Source of the DNA: an uncultured Clostridia bacterium
GTDB taxonomy: Bacteria > Bacillota > Clostridia > Lachnospirales > Anaerotignaceae
Assembly: GCA_944384255.1 (NCBI GenBank)
Contig: CALWSS010000012.1
Coordinates: 3,398-67,397, forward strand
Length of the DNA: 64,000 nt
Reading direction: 5' to 3'
Below, piece by piece: positions 9,291 through 20,430 of this stretch; within the stretch, counting starts at the first letter, position 1, and each line of letters opens with the position of its first letter. Both the position numbers and the translations under genes were made by a program. The notes beneath the pieces were generated by a model that saw only the letters and a program-made list of their open reading frames with translations, made no database searches and had not been told where the DNA came from.

Positions 9291-10028
9291 TCAGTACTCA
9301 ACACTTTTTAGCACAAGACCGCAAGGCGGCAGTGTAATGCCGGCATTTTGTCTATCTCGGGTTTCCAAAACAAACGGTATTTTAGTATAATCAAACTCAC
9401 CTGTGCCGCATTGTAAAATAGTTCCTGCCATTATCCTAACCATGTTGTATAGAAAGCCGTCGCCTACAAACTTAATCTGTATTTCTTTGTCAATTTTACT
9501 TATATCTATGGAATAAACTGTTCTTACAGTTGACTTCTTCATTCTTTTATTGGCACAAAATGCCATAAAGTCATGCCTTCCTGTAAGCATATCTGCGGCT
9601 TTTTTCATTTTATCAATATCAAGTTTATTTGGATACTTAAAAACATACCGGCTTTCAAATACGTTGGACTGTAAGTCATTTAATATTCTGTATATATACG
9701 TCTTTTTCTTGGCGTTATATCTGCTGTGAAATCTTTCAGGAACAAGAGAAATATCCGTAACGGCAATATCACTTGGCAAATATTTATTTATATAATCCTT
9801 AACATATTTTTCGTCAAGCTTTTCTTTTAAATAGAAGTTTGCTACCTGCCCAAAAGCATGTACTCCGGCATCTGTTCTGCCGCTTCCTATAACCTGTGTT
9901 TCCTCACCATTAAGCTGTGAAACTATCCTTTCAAACCGCCACTGAATTGTGTTGGACTTTGAAGCCTGTTTCTGCCAGCCGTTATAGTTTGTTCCGTCAT
10001 ATTGTATTTCTATTTTATAGTTATGCAT
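9291..10028 (-). CDS. truA: tRNA pseudouridine(38-40) synthase
   Basis: MHNYKIEIQYDGTNYNGWQKQ ... GSGRTDAGVHA (catalytic Asp) ... GFLYNMVR. Start placed at ATG 10028, 1 nt after the fbp stop; the listed longer ORF overlaps fbp. Confidence 0.9.
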   Translation of the reverse strand: MHNYKIEIQYDGTNYNGWQKQASKSNTIQWRFERIVSQLNGEETQVIGSGRTDAGVHAFGQVANFYLKEKLDEKYVKDYINKYLPSDIAVTDISLVPERFHSRYNAKKKTYIYRILNDLQSNVFESRYVFKYPNKLDIDKMKKAADMLTGRHDFMAFCANKRMKKSTVRTVYSIDISKIDKEIQIKFVGDGFLYNMVRIMAGTILQCGTGEFDYTKIPFVLETRDRQNAGITLPPCGLVLKSVEY

Positions 10029-10029
10029 A

Positions 10030-12012
10030 TTATTTGCTCTCTTTAATAATACCTTTATGATATGCATCCAAAAGTTCCGTAAGCTCATCAATGCTTGCCT
10101 GAAGCTCAGCACCTATATCAGTATTCATAATTCGTATTCTTTCATGTGAATACTGAAGGGCTACTGTTGACGAGTGGATGTCTTTTTCTTCTGCTATTGC
10201 TTTGTCCAGCGACTCAAAAGGCTCATGGGAAACAAGAACAAGACCGTGTGAATTATAAATAAGTGTATAGCCGGCAATACCTGTTTCCTTCTGATATGCC
10301 TTAGCAAAGCCGCCGTCTATTACAAACAATCTGCCTTCTGCCTTAATAGGGCTTTCTCCTTTTGAAACTTTAACAGGAACATGTCCGTTAATTATGTGTG
10401 AGTTTTCAGGGTCCATACCAAAGTTTTCAAGTATCATACGGCATATCTCTTCTTTATCCCTATACTTGTAATATGGACATCTTTCTTCTTTGTGTGTTGT
10501 TTTATCGTCTATAAAGTATCTTTCAAATGTAGCCATTTTCTTTTTGCCGAAAAGAGGAGAATTTTCACCACACCACAAATACCAAATATAGTCCATGCAT
10601 TCACGTTTTCTTTCGGAATGTGGTTTATTAAAGTAGCCTTCTCTAACAGTTCTGTCTACGGCATCAAATAACTCTTTTCCGCTTAAATACTCACCATCAA
10701 CAAGGACTTTTTTAAGTGAGCCGTCATCTTCCATAGGAATACAGCCATGGAACATAAGGTTTGTATTGAACTTCTTGTATAAACTGCCGTGGCTGTAGAG
10801 CATACTTATATGCTTTTGAAGTTTTTCACTGTTTACAAAAGAAGACTTAATTCTGTTCATAACAAATTCTTCTTCCGGTGTAAAGGCATACGGATTTTGA
10901 GGGTCAAGTGTTGGGAAATTAGTATCGTTAAGCGGATACTCAACACCTTCTACTTTAACTGTGCCTTTTTCTTTATCTATAGTGCCTAAAAGCTGTCTGC
11001 TTTCCATTTTATATTCAGGATGACGCATTATAATCTGGCCTTCAGCTTTAAACTGCATTATAGAAATTGCTTTATGTACTTTTGCAATAAGCATTACATC
11101 GCTGTCACTTAATACATCCTCTTCCGAAAGCTTAGGCATAAACTGCACACAAGGGTCATCGGCATACTGCTGGGCTGCAAATGTAACAAGAGGAATAAGG
11201 TTAATACCGTAATCCTCATCAATGGTATCAAGGTTAGCATAACGTGCACATATCCTAACTACATTGCATATAAGTGCCTGACAGCCTGCCGCTGCACCCA
11301 TCCATGAAATATCGTGATTTCCCCACTGAATATCCACACTGTGATAGCTGTCCAAAAGGTCCATTATTTTTGCTGCTTTAGGACCTCTGTCGTAAATATC
11401 ACCTATAACATGAAGCTGATCTATAGCAAGGCGCTGTATAAGGTTTGAAATTGAAATTATAAATCTGTCGGCTTGGTCAAGGCTGATTATTGTTTCTATA
11501 ATTTCTTTATAATAAAGCTGTTTGTCGGCTCCTGTTCCGTCTTCATGTATAAGCTCTTCAAGTATATAAGAAAATTCTTGAGGCAGAGCCTTTCTTACCT
11601 TAGAACGAGTATATTTTGAGCTCATTACCTTACATATTTTAACAAGCCTGTGGAGAGTTATCCTGTACCAGTCGGCCATATCTTCTTCGCTTTCTCTGAT
11701 TATTTCCAGTTTTTGCTCTGGATAATAAATTAAAGTAGCAAGAGCTTTTTTCTCACTTTCTCTTAAAGAAGAACCGAATATAGCAGTAATCTGGTTTTTA
11801 ATAACTCCTGAGGCATTTTTAAGTACATGGTTGAAAGAATCATATTCTCCGTGTATATCACTTACAAAGTGTTCCGTACCTTTTGGCAGATTTAGTATAG
11901 CCTGAAGATTTATAATCTCTGTACTGGCACTGTTTATATTAGGATATTTCTTTGAAAGAAGCCTTAAATATTTAAAATCCTTTTCATTATATTTTTTTAT
12001 ACCGACTGACAT
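10030..12012 (-). CDS. fbp: fructose-1,6-bisphosphatase, class 3 (Firmicute type)
   Basis: 660 aa. Metallophosphatase motifs [11 protein letters not shown] and QWGNHD. Size and layout typical of Bacillus/Clostridium class-3 Fbp. Confidence 0.9.
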   Translation of the reverse strand: MSVGIKKYNEKDFKYLRLLSKKYPNINSASTEIINLQAILNLPKGTEHFVSDIHGEYDSFNHVLKNASGVIKNQITAIFGSSLRESEKKALATLIYYPEQKLEIIRESEEDMADWYRITLHRLVKICKVMSSKYTRSKVRKALPQEFSYILEELIHEDGTGADKQLYYKEIIETIISLDQADRFIISISNLIQRLAIDQLHVIGDIYDRGPKAAKIMDLLDSYHSVDIQWGNHDISWMGAAAGCQALICNVVRICARYANLDTIDEDYGINLIPLVTFAAQQYADDPCVQFMPKLSEEDVLSDSDVMLIAKVHKAISIMQFKAEGQIIMRHPEYKMESRQLLGTIDKEKGTVKVEGVEYPLNDTNFPTLDPQNPYAFTPEEEFVMNRIKSSFVNSEKLQKHISMLYSHGSLYKKFNTNLMFHGCIPMEDDGSLKKVLVDGEYLSGKELFDAVDRTVREGYFNKPHSERKRECMDYIWYLWCGENSPLFGKKKMATFERYFIDDKTTHKEERCPYYKYRDKEEICRMILENFGMDPENSHIINGHVPVKVSKGESPIKAEGRLFVIDGGFAKAYQKETGIAGYTLIYNSHGLVLVSHEPFESLDKAIAEEKDIHSSTVALQYSHERIRIMNTDIGAELQASIDELTELLDAYHKGIIKESK

Positions 12013-12045
12013 TTTATTCCCTCCCAGTATTTATAATAAAATGTA

Positions 12046-12846
12046 TCATAAATACATATTATTTTTGTTTTCATTTTTTATATAAAGCGCTTTTCTGTTG
12101 AGATAAAAAACCGTAATAACACTTATTATAAATGTATATAAGAAAAACAAAATAACCATAAACAATATATCACCAATAAAAAATAACTGAAGAGCACCTA
12201 TAAAAAATGTTAACGTTCTTGTTATTAATCCGTTTACAATGCTTATTATTAATATATAAAACGCAGTTTTAAACCATTTGCCTTTAACTAAATCTCTGCT
12301 CATTTTAAATGAGCCCATAATACTTGCATCATCAAAAATAATTGCATACTCGTAAAAATACCATAAAACAATCAAAAATATTCCCGGTATAATAAAAAAC
12401 ATCAATCCGATTACTACAGCAGCCCAATAAATAAATGCAGATGCCATAACAACAGTGCCCTTTGAAAGAGCATTTAATACAGATTTTTTTACATCAACTG
12501 CACGTCCGCTTAAACTGTCTCTGGCAGCATCTGCAACAGCTATTGTAACTAAAGGATAAATTAAAGCCTGTATAAACATAGATATAAGCATAAGCGCCGA
12601 TACGGTTAACAACTGCTCAGTGCTTAAACTTTCAAGCATTTGAGCGCTTCCCGTTATAACTGAAGCAATATCACCATTAGAAATTATTTTGATTAAAATA
12701 TTATCTGCAAAAGAAAGCAATACACTTAAAGGCAGGCCAAGAATGACCGTAATCTTAAAAAATTGAATAAAATTATCCCTAAAGAGTGCCCAACCTATAG
12801 AAAACATTTCAAAAATACTAAGTTCTTTTGTATTAATTTCATTCAT
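12046..12846 (-). CDS. multi-pass membrane protein, unknown function
   Basis: About six hydrophobic segments. Probable start at MNEINTKELS (12846) rather than the listed 12903. Confidence 0.5.
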   Translation of the reverse strand: MNEINTKELSIFEMFSIGWALFRDNFIQFFKITVILGLPLSVLLSFADNILIKIISNGDIASVITGSAQMLESLSTEQLLTVSALMLISMFIQALIYPLVTIAVADAARDSLSGRAVDVKKSVLNALSKGTVVMASAFIYWAAVVIGLMFFIIPGIFLIVLWYFYEYAIIFDDASIMGSFKMSRDLVKGKWFKTAFYILIISIVNGLITRTLTFFIGALQLFFIGDILFMVILFFLYTFIISVITVFYLNRKALYIKNENKNNMYL

Positions 12847-13459
12847 GACATCAACTCCAAAACTGAGAAAATTTATTATATTTATATAAAACTGACTGTA
12901 CAATAAAACTTTTTATGCTTAATAAAAACATTATACTATAAACGCATAAAAATTAAAAGTGAATTATACAGTTATAAACTTTTAATAAATTTACTTAAAA
13001 TCTGACATTTTATTTTAATATTCATAAATTACAAAAAACAATATTATAATTAATATAAAGAAAAACAATGGCTTTCATAAGACGTGCTGCATGATTATAT
13101 TTATAAACAATGATAAAATAAAACTTAATCATACTGTATTCTTTTAATTTTTCATTATTTATAAAGTTTAATTTCATATTTCAGCATTTAAGGAAAGTAA
13201 AAAGCATAAAAATCAAAATTCAGCATAATTTAAAAATAAAAACAAAATTCAAAGCTTTATGTCAGCAACATGTAACATAATAGCTTAAAATCGTTGTAAT
13301 TTTATACATTATTTATATATTTTATACAATTTTTGTTTGAATTTAAAATATTTATTTAATCTTATACAATAAAATCACAGTATATTTATTAATAATTTTT
13401 AAAAAAAACATTTGAAATCAAAATTCTTTTGTAATATCCTATTAATGAACAAGGGCGTT

Positions 13460-13497
13460 CATTCACAGGGTAACTGTGTTTGAATGTCCTTTTTTTA
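13460..13497 (+). terminator. terminator-like hairpin in the leader of the aminotransferase operon
   Basis: CATTCACAG-GGTAA-CTGTGTTTGAATG followed by TCCTTTTTTT, about 50 nt upstream of ATG 13551. Preceded by a small hairpin GAAC-AAGGGC-GTTC. Confidence 0.35.
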
Positions 13498-13550
13498 TTA
13501 TTTAAATTAAATTTATTTTTTATATTATATTTTTATTGGAGGAATGTTAT

Positions 13551-14753
13551 ATGAAAATTGCTGTTGCAGATCGTATGAATCACATCGAAGGTTCAGTTAT
13601 CAGACAGTTTGCTGAAGCTGCACTTAAACCGGGGTTAATTACTTTTGCTAACGGAAATCCGGCTCCTGCTACATACCCTATTGAGGAAATGAAAAGATTC
13701 TTCACTGAAGCTCTTGAAAGCGAACATGTTGAATCACTTCTTATGTACGGTGCAGTTCAGGGTTTCCCTCCTCTTGTAGAATGCCTTAAAGAGCGTCTTG
13801 CAAAAAAATACGGCTTTGATTTTGAAATGAACGACTTATATATTGTAAGCGGTGGAACACAGGCTGCTGATGTTGTATCTAAAATCTGGCTTGAAAAAGG
13901 CGATGCCGTAATAACAGAAGAGCCTTCTTATGCAAGTATGTACAATATTTTCCGTGCTTATGAGGCAGACCTTATAGGAGTACCTATTGATGATTCAGGT
14001 ATTGATGTTGACGCTGTAGAGGAAGTTTTAAAAACTAACCCTAAAGTTAAACTTATATACACAATTCCATCCTTCCAGAATCCTACAGGATTTTCTACAG
14101 TTGCTGAAAAACGTAAAAAACTTTACGACCTTGCATGCAAATATGATGTAATTATTTTCGAGGATGACCCATACGCTGAACTTCGTTTTGCAGGCGAAAC
14201 AGTTAATCCTATTAAATCATACGATACTGAAGGACGTGTTTTCTATACAAGTTCTCTTTCAAAAGTAATAGCTCCTTCATTCCGTCTTGGTTATCTTGTA
14301 GTTAAAAAAGAATTCGGAAAATACGTTAACGTATGCAAACAGTGCACAGACGTACACAGCAATACACTTGGTCAGTATGTTGCATGGGGTGTTATGACAA
14401 AAACAGATTATGAAGCTCATATAAAGAAAGCTCAGGAAGAATACCGCAGAAAATCATCACTTATTGTTGAAACTCTTAAAAAATACATGCATCCATCATG
14501 CAGATTAAGCCAGCCTACAGGCGGTATGTTTATTATGATGTTTATGCCGGAAACAGTAGATGCTGTTGACTTCACATGGAAAGGCATAGACAGAGGCGTT
14601 GTATGTGTTCCGGGTTCAGGCTTTGCAATTGACGGAAGCAAACCTTCACACATGATTCGTATGTGCTATGCTACAGCTACTGATGAAGAAATAGTTAAGG
14701 GTGCCGAAATAGTAGGTAAACTTACATGCGATATGATAAACGGCACAGTTTAA
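13551..14753 (+). CDS. class I/II PLP-dependent aminotransferase
   Basis: GNPAP, PSFQNPTG, FEDDPY, SLSKVIAPSFRLGY (PLP lysine) motifs. GGAGG RBS before ATG 13551. Confidence 0.85.
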   Translation: MKIAVADRMNHIEGSVIRQFAEAALKPGLITFANGNPAPATYPIEEMKRFFTEALESEHVESLLMYGAVQGFPPLVECLKERLAKKYGFDFEMNDLYIVSGGTQAADVVSKIWLEKGDAVITEEPSYASMYNIFRAYEADLIGVPIDDSGIDVDAVEEVLKTNPKVKLIYTIPSFQNPTGFSTVAEKRKKLYDLACKYDVIIFEDDPYAELRFAGETVNPIKSYDTEGRVFYTSSLSKVIAPSFRLGYLVVKKEFGKYVNVCKQCTDVHSNTLGQYVAWGVMTKTDYEAHIKKAQEEYRRKSSLIVETLKKYMHPSCRLSQPTGGMFIMMFMPETVDAVDFTWKGIDRGVVCVPGSGFAIDGSKPSHMIRMCYATATDEEIVKGAEIVGKLTCDMINGTV

Positions 14754-14781
14754 TTTAACTAAATTAAGGGAGATTACAATA

Positions 14782-15705
14782 ATGAAAAAGAAACTTCTTT
14801 TTGCCAATAAACACAGTTTTACTCAAGAGCAGTTTGACAGCCTCAATAATCTTGATTTAGATGTAATATATCTTGACGGTGCAGACCAGCAGAGTTATGA
14901 TATGGATTTTTCTGACATTGACGCTGTTGTTTGCTTCAAGTTTTTTGACTATAACGACATTACAAAATTCAAATCATTAAAATTCGTTCATACTACATCT
15001 ACAGGAATCGACCAGATGCCTATACAGTATCTTAAAGATAATGGAATTATTTTAAAGAACTGCCCAGGTGTTCACAGTGCCCCTATTTCAGAATATGTTA
15101 TAGGTGTTGTTTTGGAAATCTATAAAAGTGCATTTAAGTTAAGAAAACAGCAGATGGAGCATGTTTGGCAGTGTGACTGGAATCTTTTAGAGCTTATAGG
15201 AAAAAGAGTATGTATATTAGGTACAGGCTCTATAGGTTCACACTGTGCTCAGAGATTTAAAGGATTTGAAACTGTTATTTCAGGTGTAGACCCATTTCCT
15301 AAGAATAACGGATATTTTGACGAAGTCCATACAATGGATGACATGTATGATGAAATTGCAAAAGCTGATATTGTAGTAAACTGCATACCTCTTTTTGAAA
15401 ACACACGTCATCTTATCGATAAAAAATGCTTTGACGCAATGAAAGATAAAGCAGTATTTGTAAATGTAACAAGAGGACCGGTTGTAGATACACAGGCACT
15501 TCTTGAAACACTTGAAGAAGGCAAACTTCTTGGTGCAGCCGTTGACGTATTTGAACAGGAGCCTCTTCCTGCCGACAGCAAACTTTGGGATATTGAAAGA
15601 CTTATAATAACACCACACAACAGCTTTGCCGGTGAAGGAAACGCTGACAGAATTTTCAGCTGTATTTATAACGACCTTAAAGAATGGCTTGAATCAGAGA
15701 AATAA
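14782..15705 (+). CDS. D-isomer-specific 2-hydroxyacid dehydrogenase family protein
   Basis: NAD motif GTGSIGS, VNVTRGPVVD, DVFEQEPLP, ITPHNS catalytic-His block. Confidence 0.85.
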   Translation: MKKKLLFANKHSFTQEQFDSLNNLDLDVIYLDGADQQSYDMDFSDIDAVVCFKFFDYNDITKFKSLKFVHTTSTGIDQMPIQYLKDNGIILKNCPGVHSAPISEYVIGVVLEIYKSAFKLRKQQMEHVWQCDWNLLELIGKRVCILGTGSIGSHCAQRFKGFETVISGVDPFPKNNGYFDEVHTMDDMYDEIAKADIVVNCIPLFENTRHLIDKKCFDAMKDKAVFVNVTRGPVVDTQALLETLEEGKLLGAAVDVFEQEPLPADSKLWDIERLIITPHNSFAGEGNADRIFSCIYNDLKEWLESEK

Positions 15706-15735
15706 TTTTATCTGAACTAAATATTTTGTCTTATA

Positions 15736-15779
15736 ACTTAGCGTTTTGAAACATAATTTTAAAACGCTAAGTTTTTTTA
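15736..15779 (+). terminator. Rho-independent terminator
   Basis: ACTTAGCGTTTT ... AAAACGCTAAGT followed by TTTTTT. Confidence 0.6.
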
Positions 15780-15969
15780 TTGAATTTTTTAATTTAAAAT
15801 TTTTAATACATAAAGCATATTTTTTCAATTCATGAAATATACATTTTGTGTTGAAAAATCAATGCAGATATGTTATTTTATAAATATAATTTCTTAATAT
15901 TTTTTTAATTTCACTGTTTTATCCTTTTTCTATTCTAAATATAAATGTATAACGCTTAGGGGGTATTCT

Positions 15970-16710
15970 ATGGATTTAAAAGGAAAGACCGTTTTGATTA
16001 CCGGTTCTTCGCGTGGAATAGGCAAGGCCATAGCTTACGCTTTTGCAAAAAAAGGCTGCAATCTTGTACTTAATGCTTCTGTCAGCTCAGATGAACTGCT
16101 TAAAACCCAAGAAGAACTTAAATCTATGGGTTATTATTCTTATTCATACCTTGCAGATGTTTCAGATTATGCACAATGTTCAGATATGTTTAACACCATT
16201 TCAACAATTTACGGCAGTGTAGATATATTGATTAATAATGCCGGTATATCCTATTTGGGGTTATTTACAGATATGAAGCCGGAAAACTGGAACAGAATTA
16301 TAGATGTTAACTTAAAATCAGTTTTAAACTGCTGTCATTTAGCCGTACCAAAAATGGTAAGCCATAAATCCGGTATAATAATAAACATATCTTCTATATG
16401 GGGCGACCGAGGAGCCTCATGTGAAGCCGTATATTCAGCCACAAAAGGAGCTGTAAATTCATTTACAAAAGCAATGGCCAAAGAATTAGGTCCAAGCGGA
16501 ATAAGAGTAAATGCCATTTCCTGTGGTGTAATTGACACAAAAATGAACCAGTGTTTCACACCTGAAGAAAGAGAAGTTCTTACTGAAGAAATATCACTTA
16601 TGCGCTTCGGCACACCTGAAGAGATAGCTAATCTGGCCGTATTTTTAGCCGGAAACGAATCATCATTTATAAACGGCCAAGTTATAACATCCGACGGATG
16701 CATGTTCTAA
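15970..16710 (+). CDS. SDR-family oxidoreductase (FabG-like)
   Basis: TGSSRGIGKA cofactor motif, NNAG, catalytic S..YSATK. Confidence 0.85.
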   Translation: MDLKGKTVLITGSSRGIGKAIAYAFAKKGCNLVLNASVSSDELLKTQEELKSMGYYSYSYLADVSDYAQCSDMFNTISTIYGSVDILINNAGISYLGLFTDMKPENWNRIIDVNLKSVLNCCHLAVPKMVSHKSGIIINISSIWGDRGASCEAVYSATKGAVNSFTKAMAKELGPSGIRVNAISCGVIDTKMNQCFTPEEREVLTEEISLMRFGTPEEIANLAVFLAGNESSFINGQVITSDGCMF

Positions 16711-16790
16711 AACTTTATACTAAAATATTAATAAAAATAAAAGCCTTCTTTTTTATAAAAATCAAAGAAGACTTTTGTTTAATATAAAAA

Positions 16791-16814
16791 GGCAGGTAAC
16801 TTAAATTCCCTGCC
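16791..16814. terminator. bidirectional hairpin between convergent genes
   Basis: GGCAGG-loop-CCTGCC flanked by A-run/T-run, between the SDR gene (+) and the DUF2085-like gene (-). Confidence 0.4.
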
Positions 16815-16865
16815 AAAAAAAATCAATATGTAATATCAGCAAAACAAGCGTTTTTTAACTGTTTT

Positions 16866-17228
16866 TCATTTAATATTATTACCAACAGTATATCCTTTGG
16901 ACATAACCCAAAGTGATGAAATTATAAATAATGTAATTAGTCCGTAGCCGAATAAAAAACCAGTTATACAGCGCTTTATATTATTGCTCTCATACTTAGT
17001 CAGTGACTGTAAAAAGCCGTCAAATATCATAGGAATCATTAAAATAAAATACACCCAAACTGACGTACTGAAAAAAGCATAAATTATAATTCCAAATATA
17101 ATCCCTATAAGCTCACCAAAACATCTGGCACAAATAGGAAACTTCCTGCCTTTAAAATGAAAAGACCTGCTTTCCATACAGTGGCAGCCAAATATAACAG
17201 GCAGCCATTTATAAATCCAGCAAATCAT
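16866..17228 (-). CDS. DUF2085-like small membrane protein
   Basis: GCHCMESRSFHFKGRKFPICARCFG motif followed by TM helices. Confidence 0.55.
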   Translation of the reverse strand: MICWIYKWLPVIFGCHCMESRSFHFKGRKFPICARCFGELIGIIFGIIIYAFFSTSVWVYFILMIPMIFDGFLQSLTKYESNNIKRCITGFLFGYGLITLFIISSLWVMSKGYTVGNNIK

Positions 17229-17229
17229 A

Positions 17230-17571
17230 TTACATCATAGCAATAGAGCCGCCTATTCCTATAAGGAACATTATAACATACCATAAAACGCCTATAATAA
17301 CAGAAACAAGAGCACCTATACCTGCTGCCTTGGCTGTACGTGGCTTTGTATCTTTCCAAACAAGGAAAAGCACAAGGCCTACAATAGGAATACAGCATCC
17401 AAGCAAACCCCAAAGGAATCCTCCGTTATCAACTACAGGCGGAGTTGACTGCTGTTCATTTTGAGCATAATTAACACTTACATTTGTTGTACTTGACTGA
17501 GTTGCACCGCATTTTGGGCATATAATAGTACCGTCGTCGATTTTTTCTCCACAATTTCTGCAATATGCCAT
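17230..17571 (-). CDS. zinc-ribbon membrane protein
   Basis: N-terminal CRNCG..x..CPKCG zinc ribbon, then two TM helices. Translationally coupled to the downstream gene. Confidence 0.6.
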   Translation of the reverse strand: MAYCRNCGEKIDDGTIICPKCGATQSSTTNVSVNYAQNEQQSTPPVVDNGGFLWGLLGCCIPIVGLVLFLVWKDTKPRTAKAAGIGALVSVIIGVLWYVIMFLIGIGGSIAMM

Positions 17572-17965
17572 AACAATTCCTCCCTCTATAACAATACCTT
17601 TTACTGTTAGTTTATTTGTAAACTATTCTTATGTCAATATTTTAGTATTAAGTTTAATAAATATTAAATAAAAATTAAACTGTTTTGAAATAGTGTTACT
17701 CTATATTTTATATCGCCAGAAGAATATATATTGTTAAGTTTGAAATACAGTTAACAACTAAACATATAATCAATAATAATTATAAAATATTCAGAGCTTT
17801 TATTATATTTTATTTAAACAACATATTTAAAATCATAGCCTTATATTTATTCATTAAACAATTCTGCAATATTTTATCCATAGTTAATAAATAGCGTCAA
17901 ATTGAACAAATATTTATAAACATCTACAAATGGTGTTTTTCTGTAAATACTTACTAATTAAGTTA

Positions 17966-18568
17966 TCAACTTTCGCTGAAAACCGGTAAACTAATATGTT
18001 TAATATAACACATCATTCTTGTTCCAAAAACAATAACAAAGCTTATTAAAATTAGTAATTCGTTGCTGAATACATCTTTTAAACAGAATATAATCAGTGC
18101 TCCTTCAACAGATGTTATTGCATATATGTCTTTTTGAAAAACGTAAGGCTTGCGATTAACCATAATATCCCGTATAATTCCTCCACCAACAGCTGACAAA
18201 AAACAGCAGAATATAACTGTTATGCAGTTGTATCCGGCATTTATGGCATTTATTCCGGCAGAAACGGTAAAAGCAGCAAGGCCTATGGCATCAAGGGCAA
18301 TTACCCAAAAATTATCCTGTATTTTTTTAAACTTCAAAGCCGTTGTCATACCTAAAGCAATTACAATATACGGCAAATAGTTTGATAAAGCATAAGGTGA
18401 TTGAGAATTTACAATAACATCCCTTAGTATGCCTCCGCCAAGGGCAGTTGTTATTGAAAGTATTGCAATACCGAGAAAATCAAAGTCTTCTTCCCTACCT
18501 ACTACAGCACCTGAAAAAGCAAACATAAACATGCCTATATATTCAAATAATATTATAAAATCCATATT
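17966..18568 (-). CDS. TRIC / UPF0126 (YadS-like) cation-channel family membrane protein
   Basis: Duplicated signature GGGILRDV and GGGIIRDI in a 7-TM-like profile. Start placed at MDFIILFEY. Confidence 0.75.
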   Translation of the reverse strand, partial: NMDFIILFEYIGMFMFAFSGAVVGREEDFDFLGIAILSITTALGGGILRDVIVNSQSPYALSNYLPYIVIALGMTTALKFKKIQDNFWVIALDAIGLAAFTVSAGINAINAGYNCITVIFCCFLSAVGGGIIRDIMVNRKPYVFQKDIYAITSVEGALIIFCLKDVFSNELLILISFVIVFGTRMMCYIKHISLPVFSES

Positions 18569-18693
18569 TGTACCCCTTCTCAAATATTTCAATAATACCA
18601 CAATAACATATTTAAACAAATAATGTACTTATACAACTTAAATAAACGTATAAGTACATTATATTAAATCTGATTATTACAAATTGAAAATTA

Positions 18694-20376
18694 TCAGTCC
18701 AAATCAAGGAATTTAAGAACACCTTTATGCTTAAAAGTTTTATGCTCCCTGTTAGCCCGTCTTGATTTAAGTTCCGTATCAATATCACTTATGCTGCGCT
18801 TTTTTCCGTTAAAGCCAATAATATTAATACTTCTTTTATTAATGTCTATTTCTATAATGTCTCCATCATCAACATAGGCCATTGTTCCGCCTTCTGCTGC
18901 TTCCGGTGAAATATAACCGATACAAGGTCCCCGTGATGCCCCAGAAAATCTTCCGTCTGTAATAAGAGCACAGCTGTTGTTTAATTCTTCCTTGTTGCAA
19001 ACGGCATCTGTAGCTTTTAGCATTTCCGGCATACCGGCAGCTTTTTGGCCCACATACCGAATTACAACCACATCTCCCGGCTTAATTGTGCCGTTATAAA
19101 TGGCTTCTTCTGCACTTTCTTCGTTTTCAAAAACTTTTGCTGTGCCTTCAAAATGATACATGCTCTTATCAACAGCATAATGCTTTATAACTGAACCGTT
19201 TGGGGCTAAATTGCCTTTAAGTATAGATACACCGCTATCGGTATCTTCCGGCGAATCAAAAGGCCTTATTATATCTGAAGCCTTTAAATTGAAATTACCC
19301 ATGTATTCATCACTTCTACGGAAATACCCGATTTTTTCAAGATACTCCATATTCTCACCTACAGTATGCCCTGTCACAGTAAGAGCATCCATATCAAGTA
19401 TATTTTGAAGCTCCTTTATAATCCTTGGTATACCGCCTGCATACCAAAAATACTGGGTAGGCCATTTTCCGGCAGTCATTATACTTGTTAAAAGAGGTAC
19501 ACCTTTTGCTAACCTTTCAAAATCATCAAGTGTAATATCTATGCCCATCTCTTTTGCCACTGCCGGAATATGCAAAATAGCATTTGTGGAACCTCCTATT
19601 GCCGCATGTATTTTTATTGCATTTTCAAAAGAGCTTTTAGTCAATATTTTGCTTGGCCTTAAATCCCTATTAACAAGCTCAGCTATTTTTACTCCAGCTT
19701 CAGCAGCAATTTGACTAATGATATTTCCGTTTGCCGGTGCAAGAGCATTTGCCGGCAAAGCCATGCCAAGAGCCTCACTCATGCACTGCATAGTGCTTGC
19801 TGTACCCATATACTGACATGCACCGCAGCTTGGGCATGCATTTCGCTTATAGTATAATTCTTCTTCTTTTGTCATTTTGCCTTCCGAAACCCTAAGATTA
19901 GTTTCATAACAGGTATCGGCAGAGATAAAAGCCGGCCCCGGTGCCATTGAACCGCCACAAACATGTATAGCCGGAATATCCAGCCTTAAAAGAGCCATTA
20001 AATGCCCCGGTACAGCTTTATCACATGTAGAAGCTGCTACAATGCCGTCAAATCCTGAAGCTTTTGCATGTATTTCTACCATGCCGGCTATTACATTCCT
20101 TGACACAAGAGAATAATTCATACCTGAATGTCCTGTGGCTACCCCGTCACACATATCAGTAACAGTATAAACCGAAGGCACTGCCTGAGAAGCATACACT
20201 GAATTTTTAATGGATTCAACAACAGAAAACAAATGTCTGCTTCCAGGATGGCTGTCGCCTGCCGTAGATTCAATAAGTATCTGAGGTTTTGATATATCAC
20301 TTAGACTTTTGCCGCTGCCAATCCATAAAGGGTCTATTTCAGGCCCTAATTTACGTATGCTTTGACTCTTTAACAT
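18694..20376 (-). CDS. IlvD/Edd-family dehydratase (dihydroxy-acid / sugar-acid dehydratase)
   Basis: MCDGV, CDKAVPG, TDGRFSG motifs of the IlvD/Edd family; 560 aa. Confidence 0.85.
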   Translation of the reverse strand: MLKSQSIRKLGPEIDPLWIGSGKSLSDISKPQILIESTAGDSHPGSRHLFSVVESIKNSVYASQAVPSVYTVTDMCDGVATGHSGMNYSLVSRNVIAGMVEIHAKASGFDGIVAASTCDKAVPGHLMALLRLDIPAIHVCGGSMAPGPAFISADTCYETNLRVSEGKMTKEEELYYKRNACPSCGACQYMGTASTMQCMSEALGMALPANALAPANGNIISQIAAEAGVKIAELVNRDLRPSKILTKSSFENAIKIHAAIGGSTNAILHIPAVAKEMGIDITLDDFERLAKGVPLLTSIMTAGKWPTQYFWYAGGIPRIIKELQNILDMDALTVTGHTVGENMEYLEKIGYFRRSDEYMGNFNLKASDIIRPFDSPEDTDSGVSILKGNLAPNGSVIKHYAVDKSMYHFEGTAKVFENEESAEEAIYNGTIKPGDVVVIRYVGQKAAGMPEMLKATDAVCNKEELNNSCALITDGRFSGASRGPCIGYISPEAAEGGTMAYVDDGDIIEIDINKRSINIIGFNGKKRSISDIDTELKSRRANREHKTFKHKGVLKFLDLD

Positions 20377-20430
20377 GGTTTCAACTCCTTATAATATATT
20401 ATTATTTAGCTATACAAAAGTTCATTAATA

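Noticed and set aside
10029-10112. N-terminal extension of the truA ORF overlapping the fbp 3' end
   Set aside because: The conserved TruA N-terminus (MHNYKIEIQYDGT..) starts at ATG 10028, directly after the fbp stop. The extension has no homology-like features.
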